From Alloascoidea hylecoeti (Eukaryota): a DNA stretch of 64,000 nucleotides. The notes beneath the pieces were generated by a model. It made no database searches and was not told the DNA's origin. It saw only the letters and a program-made list of their open reading frames with translations. The stretch lies in the NCBI GenBank assembly GCA_001600815.1, contig BCKZ01000001.1:974613-1038612 (forward strand), in the 5' to 3' direction. The position numbers and the translations under genes were made by a program. Below, piece after piece: positions 1-10,840 of the stretch (positions are counted from its first letter, which is position 1; each line of letters begins with the position of its first letter).

Positions 1-2
1 TA

Positions 3-1118
3 AAACAACGAGTTGATCAATTACTTTCAAAATATTCAAAATCTCATCATGATCATGATTCAATCATAAATATAAATATAAATGAAGAAGAAGAAGAAAT
101 ATTCATAAATGATATTATAAAATCATTTAAGCTTTTACAAAAACAATTACAAACGAGGAATTTCAATCATGATGATTCACAAATACAATTACAATTACAA
201 TTGAAATCAAATAAAATTGATGACTATTTAATATTTAATTTATTTAATGATAAAAGAGTTAATTTCACATTCAAAAATTTAAGATATTATTTATTAACCT
301 CTAAATCTAATTCATCATCAATATTAAATTCTAATTATATCATTGAATCAATAAAATGTTTAATCATTCGTCAACAAAATATTGAAAAACAATTTAATTC
401 AAATAAAGATACAATTTTTTTAGCACTTCGATTAATTTTAAAACAAAATGATTTTGAATTATCATTTGAATTAATGAATTTAACATTTGGTAATTCAAAA
501 TATTTCAAATATATTGAAGAAAATACCAACAAAATTAAAATCATATTACCAAATCAAAAATGGATTTATCCAGTAGTACCATCAATTTCATTATTTTTAA
601 TCATATTTGATTCAAATTTTCAAATTCATTTAACTATATTAAGCTATTTGATTTTAAATTCATTATTTTATTTCAATTATATTTATTTAAACATTTTATC
701 AATTAATAATTATTTAATTCATTGGAGACCTGGTTTATCATCATTTGAAAAATTTAAAAAAATAAATGAATTAAAAATGTTTAGGAAAATACTAATTGAA
801 TTTGATGAGAATTTAAATCTATCGGTTGCAAATTATCATTTAAAATTTAAAGAAATTGATATTGATAATAATTATAATCCATTTGCATTATCATTACCAT
901 CATCATCACCATTAACTAATTACAATGAATATGAACAATTACAAGTGGAAAAAATGGAAAAAATTAGAAAATTAATTGACCAAGAATTAGTTAAAAGGAA
1001 GATGAGATTATCACCAACAGATGAAGAATTGATGTTTCAAGAATATTGGTCTTCATATGGAGAAGGTTTTGAATGGGTTGAACCTGATAAGGATCCTACC
1101 GAATATGTCAACACGTGA
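3..1118 (+). CDS. 5'-truncated fungal hypothetical protein with two predicted TM segments
   Basis: The frame is open from position 3, so the start lies upstream of the window. It has hydrophobic segments and a conserved-looking C-terminus (DEELMFQEYWSSYGEGFEWVEPDKDP). Confidence 0.65.
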   Translation, partial: KQRVDQLLSKYSKSHHDHDSIINININEEEEEIFINDIIKSFKLLQKQLQTRNFNHDDSQIQLQLQLKSNKIDDYLIFNLFNDKRVNFTFKNLRYYLLTSKSNSSSILNSNYIIESIKCLIIRQQNIEKQFNSNKDTIFLALRLILKQNDFELSFELMNLTFGNSKYFKYIEENTNKIKIILPNQKWIYPVVPSISLFLIIFDSNFQIHLTILSYLILNSLFYFNYIYLNILSINNYLIHWRPGLSSFEKFKKINELKMFRKILIEFDENLNLSVANYHLKFKEIDIDNNYNPFALSLPSSSPLTNYNEYEQLQVEKMEKIRKLIDQELVKRKMRLSPTDEELMFQEYWSSYGEGFEWVEPDKDPTEYVNT

Positions 1119-1199
1119 TGGATGAAGAAACCTTCATTTCTCATGATAATCTCATGATCACCGCTTTTACTTTTACTTTTACTTCTACTGCATTATAAC

Positions 1200-2195
1200 A
1201 TGACAATTGAACAATCTGAAACAGAAGTAATTGTTACTTTGGACTCAAATCCAGAAACAAGTCTTAAGATCATCAATCATGGTGCTACTGTTGTTTCTTG
1301 GAAGGTCAATGGCAAAGAGCAACTCTGGTTAAGTGAGTAAGTACCACGAATACGTGTTCACTTTTATCAATATAAACTAATATATAATTATACAGAAAAG
1401 CAGTTCTTGATGGAAGTAAAGCTGTCAGAGGTGGAATTCCTTTGGTGTTTCCTGTAAGTGTTTCTACTTGTTTTTGTACTATATGGTCAAAAGTACTAAT
1501 AATATCAGGTTTTTGGTAAAGCATCAGAAGGTCCATGCTCATCTCTTCCACAACATGGATTTGCACGTAATAGTAATTGGGAGTTCTTAGGTCAAACTTC
1601 AGAATCTCCAATTACAATTCAATTTGCATTAAGTCCTGATCAAATTTCTGAGGATTCTAAAACTCAATGGTCAAATAATGATTTTACTTTAATTTATTCT
1701 TTAACTCTTGATGAAAAATTAATTAAAACTGAAATCACGATTGAAAATAATAACAATGATAAAGATTTCGATTTTAAATGGTTATTTCATACCTATTTTA
1801 GAATTCCTGAAATTGAATCAATTTCCGTTAAAAATATTAAGGATGTTTTATTTTATGATCAATTGATTAAAGAAGATACAACTCAATCATTAGATGAATT
1901 GAAATTTTCAAAAGAGACTGATGCAATTTATAAGGATTTTAATTCAGATATTATTATTAATGATAATAAATCATCAAATGATTCACCTTTATTTACAATC
2001 AAAAGAAATGGTTTAAATGATGCCGTTATTTGGAATCCTTGGACTGAAAAAGCAGCTGGAATGGGTGATTTTTATCCAAAGGATGGATTTCATCAAATGG
2101 TTTGTGTTGAAGCGGGATCTGTTAGTAAATGGACTACGTTAAAAGCTGGTGGTAAATGGACTGCTAGTCAAACTATTATAAGTCACCAAGAATGA
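1200..2195 (+). CDS. Glucose-6-phosphate 1-epimerase (YMR099C-like); introns 1337-1395, 1454-1508
   Basis: The spliced product has HGATVVSWK, AVRGGIPLVFP, LPQHGFAR, FHTYF, WNPW and MVCVEAG (aldose 1-epimerase family). Introns are GTAAGT...CTAA(T)...CAG. Confidence 0.92.
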
Positions 2196-2354
2196 CTATC
2201 TTTTACAACGTTAACTGCAAAGTTATAGATATATTAATTATGGAGTATATATATCATTTTTCTTTTCTTTTTCAAACTCAATCGTTACATTCACATATAA
2301 TATAAATAGTAAATAAAAATTTTGCCCTCCCCCTTTCTAATCAGGGTTCTCCAT

Positions 2355-3003
2355 TTAAGCTTTTGTTTCGGTGGTAGCTGCAATCGCAGGTGTTTTAGCA
2401 GCAGCTTCTTCATCTTCGCTATCAGAAGAAGACTCATCATCTTCAGCATTACTATTAATACTAAGATTAGCAGCTTGAGCTTCAGCTGACATTTTAGATA
2501 ATCCTTCCAATTGTGATAGATCAAGACCATTCATAGCATCGGCTCCTTCAACCTTATTTTCAACTTCTTCTTGTTCATCTTCATCAACCCATTTATCAAA
2601 ATCGGTATGAATATAATGAAGTTTTCCCTTTTGTTTAAACAATCTTGGCCAATATTCCAAACCTTTTTCTTTTTTTTGTAAGACAAAATAAATAAATCGA
2701 CCAGTTACATTATACTTTGATTTTGTTGGTTCAACATCCTTAAAAAATTCAATGTTTAATTTATACAATTGATCATGTTCTCCAACTGATTCAATTGATA
2801 ATTTAGTATCTGTTATATCAATTTTTGGATTTGTTGCGACTGGAAGGTTAACTGTTAAAAAAATGATATTCTTTTCTAGAATATTCTCATTTGATCTTTG
2901 TGCCCATAAGACTATATCAATAACAAAAAATTGTTAGTTCACTATTTAGCAATTATATTTAAAATAGTAGAAACATACCTTCAGGAACTATAGCAGATGA
3001 CAT
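2355..3003 (-). CDS. SBA1: Hsp90 co-chaperone p23 (Sba1/Wos2); intron 2978-2912
   Basis: The spliced N-terminus reads PEVLWAQRS, followed by YWPRL and HTDFDKWVDEDEQ and an acidic tail. Confidence 0.93.
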
Positions 3004-3194
3004 TTTCAGTAAAGTTATTTAATTTCAATCGAAAGTGTTAAAATTCAAGAATAACTAAAAAAATACAAAAGCAAGTGAGCAAATCCTTTTTACTCCAATT
3101 CTTTTGAAACATCCAGACGTTTCTAGATTTTTCATTTCTCGTTTCTCACGTGTTGATTGCCACTTTTTGGATTTTTATTCAATCAAAATTAATA

Positions 3195-4259
3195 ATGATA
3201 CTTCAGGATTTACCATATGATTTAAAATGTATTTTAGTTCGGAGTTCACCAGAATGGCGGTTCACTTGTAAGGAGTTTCGCAGGATTGACAATGATGTTT
3301 ATAAAACTAGAGCGATACAAGGTTTAGGATTAGATATTATTAATGAATTTTATGAATCAAAATTTGGATATTTATGGGAACAGTACTTGATTGCAAAGGA
3401 TATTTATACAGAAGTGAGTTTACAAACATGTACAACTGAAGAATTAATTGATGATACGTGGGGTTATTTATATAAGAAATTACAATGCCCTTTTTTATTA
3501 CTCGACAAGAAATTCTTTACCATCTTTCAACATGATATTTATGAGTTTTATAATGATGATAATAATGAAAATTCGATTGGAAAGCGTACGCATTTAAATA
3601 ATATAAATAAAAATAAATTGATGGACTATAATCCAGGTTATGGTGTTAAAATCGATTCTGCCTATAATGTTTTCGGACAAATAAAGATAAGATTATTCCC
3701 TGACAAATATTTGATTCTATTAACATTTAAGCACGAAACTTCAAAGTCACATAGTTTCTCACCATTAAAAATATCAATCAAAGATTCAACTACACATCAA
3801 GAACTAGGCTCTTGTTACACAAGAAATGTCGAAAGTAATTTTTTATCAAATTATATACTTGGTATGAGAGACATACCATCTTTAAATCCCAATCCAATTC
3901 CAGATACAATTCCAAACGGAATTGTAGATTTAATCCATCTGAATAATGAGAGATCAGAAGCAGATTATATAAATACATGGCGACGAATAACATTAACAAT
4001 TGAAGAAAGAGGTTACGCAAGAAAACAAGATCTATCATTATATCATTTTAAATTGATTCCTATTAGTACAATACCAACTAATAATTTAAGTAATATGAAA
4101 TTGCAAATTAGTTCGAGGAAAACCTTTAATGAAAAATTTGGGGATATGGATTTATCATTTCCTTTAAAGAAAAAATTGGATGATCAAGCACAATCTCCTT
4201 TTATGATTAAAGAAACTATTGATTTGTATAGAGCAATTCAAGAGATTCTAGGAACTTAA
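3195..4259 (+). CDS. F-box protein, resembles Ucc1/YLR224W
   Basis: N-terminal F-box-like LQDLPYDL. The segment IDDTWGYLYKKLQCP resembles Ucc1 IADSWYIVYNALQYP. The first ATG is at 3195. Confidence 0.55.
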   Translation: MILQDLPYDLKCILVRSSPEWRFTCKEFRRIDNDVYKTRAIQGLGLDIINEFYESKFGYLWEQYLIAKDIYTEVSLQTCTTEELIDDTWGYLYKKLQCPFLLLDKKFFTIFQHDIYEFYNDDNNENSIGKRTHLNNINKNKLMDYNPGYGVKIDSAYNVFGQIKIRLFPDKYLILLTFKHETSKSHSFSPLKISIKDSTTHQELGSCYTRNVESNFLSNYILGMRDIPSLNPNPIPDTIPNGIVDLIHLNNERSEADYINTWRRITLTIEERGYARKQDLSLYHFKLIPISTIPTNNLSNMKLQISSRKTFNEKFGDMDLSFPLKKKLDDQAQSPFMIKETIDLYRAIQEILGT

Positions 4260-4832
4260 TACTACTGATGTAATATATTTATCGTTTTTTTATATGATCG
4301 AGTTCTCGTGAAATACGCCACTGAAGGTAGACCTCCGGTCATTTGTTTTACGATTTTACTTGGAAATTTTCACGAAGATTAGTGATATTGTGTTTTGTAA
4401 CATATAATGATTATGTGAACCATAAACTTAAAAATGCAACTTTACAGGGGTTTGGGCTAAGATTTGCATTAGTTGCAATAATTAATTGACTATTGGGATA
4501 GATTTAACTAAATGATATACATATATTTTTATCAGGGGGAACCTACTTATATACCAATCTATGTAACGACTGATATGTGTCCAGAAGGATGAAATAGATG
4601 TCTAGGTGAAGTGAGAATGGAATGTTAATGAAGGATTAACTCATGGTTTTATCTTATTATGTCGAGTATTCATGGGATATTTGTATGGAAGGAAAGAATG
4701 GTAATTAATAATTAATTATCTAATATATTGACGATATGGCTAAGAATGTGAAAACGGATTTGAAGCTTAATTCTGCCACACAACAAAACAAAACAAAACA
4801 AAACAAAGCAAGTACTAATTATTATTTCATTT

Positions 4833-7030
4833 ATGACAATTTCTAGAGAAACACAACCTCCACGGCCGATGGTATCACCACAAAATAACCCTGGTCTAGT
4901 TTATGCGAAGGACATCAAAGTACACTCAGAATATTTAAATTTAGTGCCTAATAAAAATAAATTCGGAGGTCATATATCTGTCCCAAAATCACGACCAGGT
5001 ACTCCTGTTAGATCAGCATCTCCAAGAACTTATGATCGCGGCCGTGTTAGTCCAATACGACAATCTCCGAGGCCCTCCTCCCAAAGGGGAAAGATTGAAA
5101 AGACACCAATTTTTAATGTTAAGACTCCAGATTTAACAATTAGCTATAGATCACAGCCTGATTCACCTTTACGAAGTGCTAGATCACCTAGTCCTAGTCT
5201 TATGAATTCAGAAAATCGAACGGGGAATATAAAGGTCTTGGTTCGTGTTCGACCTTTTGTCCAAAGAGGTAAGGATTGTTGTGTTTAGTTTTATCGTAAT
5301 CAATCAGTCAGTAATATATGACTTATACTAACCTCTTTTGTTACTTTCAATTGAAAGAAATTGATAATGGATCAATAAATCTTATTTCTATGAATACAGA
5401 AACACAAACAACAACAATCAAAAATATAAAATCTAATTCAAAAAATGATACTAAAGAATTTCGATTTGATAATTCAATATGGTCATTCGATCCAAATGAT
5501 CCTAAATTCATCGATCAAAATGTTTTATACGAATTAGTCGGTACTGAATATTTAGATCATTTATTGATGGGTTATAATACTTGTATATTTGCCTATGTAA
5601 GTACTTTTATTTATATGTAATAGCTATAATTAACTAATTGAGTACATGGCTATAAATATATATAGGGACAAACAGGATCCGGTAAATCATTCACAATGAT
5701 GGGATCACCACAAAATCCAGGTTTAATTCCAAGATTATGTCAAGATTTATTTGAAAGAGCTAATGACTTTATTGAAGAAAATATAAGTATAACGGTTCGA
5801 ATGTCATATTTTGAGATTTATAATGAAAAAGTTAAGGATTTATTAGATAATTCTTCTATATCAAATAATAATAGTACACAAAAAGGAAGTTCAAGTATAA
5901 ATAGCAAAAAAAATATAAATGAAAAGGGAAAAGATAATGACCTGAAGTTAAAAGTGCGTGAATCACCAACAGAAGGTCCATACGTTGAAAATTTATCAGA
6001 ATTTACTGTTAAAAGTTTCAAAGAAGTTTTACATTATATCAACATTGGTAATAAAAAAAGAACAACAGCTTCAACACAAATGAATGATGTTTCATCTCGT
6101 TCACATGCTGTATTTACATTAACAATGAAACAAAAATTATTTGATGATTTAACAGGTATAACTGAAGAGAAATTATCACATATACGATTAGTTGATCTAG
6201 CCGGCTCAGAACGTGCTAATTCATCTGGTGCAGTTGGCATGACACTTCGAGAAGGTTCTAATATTAATAAATCCTTAACTGTTTTGGGAAGAGTTATCTC
6301 AGCATTAGCGGGACCACAGGATAATAACAATGGCAGTGTGAGTAGTCGGTCACCTAGCCCAAGTAGGAGAGAACAAATACCATATCGAGATTCTACACTT
6401 ACTTGGCTTTTAAAAGAGAGTTTAGGAGGTAATAGTAAAACAGCAATGATTGCTTGTATATCACCAGGTGATTATGAAGAAGGGATGTCCACTTTGAGAT
6501 ATGCAGACCAAGCTAAAAGAATCAGAACATCTGCTGTCGTTAATCATGGTGTTGTTAATTCTGCAGATAGTGATAAATTAGTACAAGAAATGCAAGAACG
6601 TATCAATAATTTACAAATTGCATTAAGTTTAGGTACTGATGCAATGGCACAAATGGATCAATTCAAAGCAGCAATTAGATTTTATGAAGAAAAAGTAATT
6701 GAGGAAGAAAACAAAAGAAAAGCAATTTTAGCAGAAAAGGCATTAATTCAAAAGAAAAACGATGCTTTAACAGAACAATTGAAATATTTCTCACTTAAAA
6801 TTTCTCATGGTAAAGTTGCAAATAGTGATAAATCGAATAATGATAATTTTTATGGTGGTTCATCTGGTAATTTTAAGAACAACAATTCAAATGTTGGGGT
6901 TACAGATTACGATAATTTGGAGTTTGAATTATTAGCACTCAAAAGTGAGATAACACGGAGTGAAAATAAGTATAAATCTGATGCCGAGCAATTCAAATTA
7001 TTGTTAGATATAGATAATTATGAATGTTAG
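4833..7030 (+). CDS. Kinesin-3 family motor, short UncB/Nkin3-like form; introns 5269-5357, 5597-5665
   Basis: VLVRVRP, GYNTCIFAY|GQTGSGKS, KVRESPTEGPYVENL, SSRSHAVF, LVDLAGSER and IPYRDSTLTWLLKESLGGNSKTAMIA, then a C-terminal coiled coil. Confidence 0.9.
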
Positions 7031-7357
7031 TGTCAAAATATATAATGTATATGTATGATGAGAAGTATATAACGTTGCAAAATGCAATTGATAAGGTGTC
7101 AATTCTTATAATATTATTTTAATGCCCGTTGAAATGAGACATGCTGATATTGAAGTTGAATATTTTAACCAATAGAATATAGATAGTATATTATACTATA
7201 TAGCTATAGGGGTTTATACACTGTATAAATCTAGAAGAGAAATCCATTGTTGTTCTTTATTTATTTAATTCCTTCAAATTTCTCCTTTAATTATAAATTT
7301 AAAAAAGTTTGAAATCTTTTCTCCATTAAATTTACATAAACTTCCATATTAACATTA

Positions 7358-8042
7358 ATGCCATCAATTTCAAGTATCCTATCAAAAGAGATGACCACTG
7401 CAAAAACTGACAAAAGTGAGTAAGGTCTCAAAAAACAATATCTCAATTTTTTTGTTCATTTGTTATAATTAATTATAATTACGATGATGCTTAAGTTTTG
7501 GAAATAGAACTAACCTAACAATGTAGCTGCAGCTGTTTTAAAAACGGCAGATATGGTATGTCAGTTCTCAAAGTTCAATTGCAAGGCTTATAGGTATCAG
7601 TACTGACTCCAAATCATCGTCTATACATGTATAAAGGATAAAAAACTCATTCAGCAAGTGATATTAATTGGTAAGAGGTTAAAGATATGACAAAAGGACT
7701 GAAAGCATTTGATTCTAACAAGAGCATGCAGCGTCAGAAGCTAAAAAGACAAACAAAGTGGAACGAGATATGGCGATGCAAATCAAGAAAAAAGTTAGTT
7801 CTATAAACGAATGAATAAATAAATCGAATACTAACAGGAAGTGTTTATAAAGTTAGATGATCAGTTTGGAAGAACCTGGCATGCCATTGTGGGAGAACGT
7901 TTTGGAAGTTATGTGACGCATGGTGAGTGCTACTTAGTAGAATATATTAATGCTGATACTAATAACCACTTCAATAGATTTACACCACTTTATATATTTC
8001 TACATTGGTACAATGGCTTTTGTAATCTTCAGAATAGGCTAA
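7358..8042 (+). CDS. DYN2: Dynein light chain LC8; 6 exons (introns 7416-7526, 7556-7636, 7671-7731, 7794-7852, 7923-7977); start at 7358 or 7391
   Basis: The spliced protein reads AVLKTADM-DKKLIQQVILIA-SEAKKTNKVERDMAMQIKKK-LDDQFGRTWHAIVGERFGSYVTH-DLHHFIYFYIGTMAFVIFRIG. Confidence 0.88.
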
Positions 8043-8170
8043 ATATAAAATAACTTTGAATATGAAAAAAGATAGTAGATAACTGATTACCCGGCTTTAT
8101 ACGTAGCATTTAACCTAATTATTTGAATATTATATTGCTTAATGAAAAACTCTATCTAATTAAATAAAGA

Positions 8171-9907
8171 ATGGCTGATCGTGATAATCTTTCTCAAGAA
8201 AAGAGAAATATTTTGGAACAGTTTGTAGAAATTACTGGATGGACTTCAGGAGACGAATCAGCGATCGATGCGCTGGATTATAGTAGCTGGAATATTGAAA
8301 GAGCCGTTTCTAGACATTTCGATGGTTCTGGTATCGCCACTACTTCTTCGGCTCAGCCTTCGCAAGCTACAACAAACGAAAATGAAATACATGATAGAGG
8401 AGGACCTGATTTTTCATCGGATTCTACTGGGTATCAGCCAAGAAGACAACCTCGTGAATCGTTATATTATCAAAACCTATTCGAAGAAATGGACAATGTT
8501 CCTAAGTTACTACCTGCCCCACATGTAGACTTAAGAAAACCACATTCTTTTTTTGCCCGTCAAAGAGGAAGAGGTATGCATAAAGGGGTTGGAATTGGTT
8601 TCTGGAGTATACTCAGAGCATTGCTACTTCTTCCATTCACCTTAACTTTTAGATTATCAAATGGGTTGTACTGGTTCTTCACCAGAATATTCCCTTTCTT
8701 ACCTCGTGCTCCAAGACTCTTTTTACAACAACAGCAACAAGAAAGACAAATTGAAGGGGCTCAGCAAGAAGAATCAAATGATCCCACCGAAAATTCAATC
8801 AAATTCATTCAAAAATTTAATGAATTAACAGAGGATAATGTTAAAGTAGACTTTTATCCTGGTGGTTATAACGATGCTCTTAGATTAGCAAAAAACAATT
8901 TAACATGGCTTCTAGTTATATTACAGGATGGTAGTAATCCTCATTCCCAGGAACTTGTTCAATCATGCGTTAACAATGATGAATTTGCAACTTTCTTAAA
9001 TGAACATGATATTACTCTTTGGGGTGGTGATGTTGATGATACAGATGAAGCATACCAAGTAGCTTCAGGTTTAAGGTCCGCAAGATATCCATTTATTTCT
9101 TTAATTGCTCATATATCCTCTTCAAGTTCCCTTCATCCTAAGATGTCTGTCGTGGTTAGAATACAACTACAATCAAATCGAGCTACAACGGCTCGTCTTA
9201 TTGCAAAACTAGAATCAAAAATTGAAAAGTATGAACCTCAATTAATTACTCAAAGAATTGATAAACAAGAGCAAGAATTTAGTAGACAAATTCGAGAACA
9301 GCAGGATTCTGCTTATGAAGTTAGTCTTGCTCTTGATAGGGAGCGCGAACAAAAGAAACGAGAAGATGAAGAGAAGCGTCAACTTGAAGAAGATGAAAGA
9401 CACCAAGAAGAGTTAGAAGAACAAAGACAACAACAATTAAGGGAACAATACTTACGATGGAAGACACATTTAATATTCAGTGATAATTATGGAAAATTTA
9501 CAAGTGAAAAGAGAGCAAAAATTTCAATTAAATTTGGTGATGGTGAAAGGGTTCTTCGTGAATTTGATCCTGAAGATACCTTAGAAGATGTTTTCATGTT
9601 TATTGAATGTTATAGGTTTAAACGGGAACACCAAGATGATGATAGTGACGACGAAGAAGAAGACGAAGAAGAGGACATCGTGGAACCTGTTGGTTATGAA
9701 CACAATTTTACATTTGATCTAATATCACCTTTCCCTAGACAAAAATTGAAGCCAGAAGCTACAATGATCAAAGACGTCAAATGTCTATGGCCAAATGGAA
9801 GTTTACTAGTAGAAGATCAAGTAGAATTGGTGAGTAGCAGCGATGAAGACTATAGCAGTGATGAAGAAGAAACGGAGTTTAATGAAAAATCAGGTATTTT
9901 GGCATAA
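8171..9907 (+). CDS. UBX domain Cdc48 adaptor (Ubx2/FAF2-like: UBA, membrane hairpin, UAS, coiled coil, UBX)
   Basis: UBA-like WNIERAVSRHF, a hydrophobic hairpin, a UAS-like domain, REQQDSAYEVSLALDRERE, and UBX FPR plus LWPNGSLLVE. Confidence 0.88.
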   Translation: MADRDNLSQEKRNILEQFVEITGWTSGDESAIDALDYSSWNIERAVSRHFDGSGIATTSSAQPSQATTNENEIHDRGGPDFSSDSTGYQPRRQPRESLYYQNLFEEMDNVPKLLPAPHVDLRKPHSFFARQRGRGMHKGVGIGFWSILRALLLLPFTLTFRLSNGLYWFFTRIFPFLPRAPRLFLQQQQQERQIEGAQQEESNDPTENSIKFIQKFNELTEDNVKVDFYPGGYNDALRLAKNNLTWLLVILQDGSNPHSQELVQSCVNNDEFATFLNEHDITLWGGDVDDTDEAYQVASGLRSARYPFISLIAHISSSSSLHPKMSVVVRIQLQSNRATTARLIAKLESKIEKYEPQLITQRIDKQEQEFSRQIREQQDSAYEVSLALDREREQKKREDEEKRQLEEDERHQEELEEQRQQQLREQYLRWKTHLIFSDNYGKFTSEKRAKISIKFGDGERVLREFDPEDTLEDVFMFIECYRFKREHQDDDSDDEEEDEEEDIVEPVGYEHNFTFDLISPFPRQKLKPEATMIKDVKCLWPNGSLLVEDQVELVSSSDEDYSSDEEETEFNEKSGILA

Positions 9908-10840
9908 TACTTATATAATGTGTAATTATCATACTTTTTCTAGTTTTATTGAATTTTAATATTATCCAACTGGCATTCCAACAATTAATATGATAAAACA
10001 ATAAAGAAGAATCTATAGAACTCTCCCCATTCCAATAAAATTAACACTTCTCCCACCAGTCTGAATTTGAGCCACCCTAATGCCTACAAAATTTCTACCA
10101 AGAGATTAGTATAGGCCTATTCTCAGTCACACGGTATATCGAATATGAGGTAGCAATTTTATAGTATATTAGTGAAATTCTATTAATTTAAATTCTAATT
10201 TTAACTCAACTGGCTCATTATCGGGATCATAATCAAGAGATTTTTATGAAATCAATCTATTTGAAAAAAAAGAGATATTCTTAAATTGATAGTTTTGGAA
10301 CTGCATAATTATAAAAAGTACCATAAGGGAACATTATCACCATTGGAATTTGTTTCTCAAGAGCTCCTAAAATGTTGAAAATTAGTGCATTTGAGGATGG
10401 TTAACAAAGCGATTTCACTTAATTTAAGCCATCTAATGTATTATACACTGGAAATATAATAGCAAATATCTATTCATAATTTAGTCCACCACGAGGCCAA
10501 AATTAAGGGTTTATAGGATTGATTTCTTATTTTTAAATATAATATTAATGGTAATTGATTAAATATACGAATTAGGAATAATAATTATAAATATATTTCA
10601 TTTTCTAGTACTATGATAAGCATATTACGCTATATAAAGATAGGGTATATGACAATACAAATTCCAAACGTTTTAATAGATATTAAAATCCGGATTAATA
10701 ATATAAAAAGACACAAAGATATGAATTGAGGGAGTTATAATAATTTTAAAAAACGTTCAACGAGGAAGCTATTTGGTTGGAAGAAAAAAAATTATATTGG
10801 AATATAACTGTTTTACAGGGCCAACTTCCCAATTGTCCAC

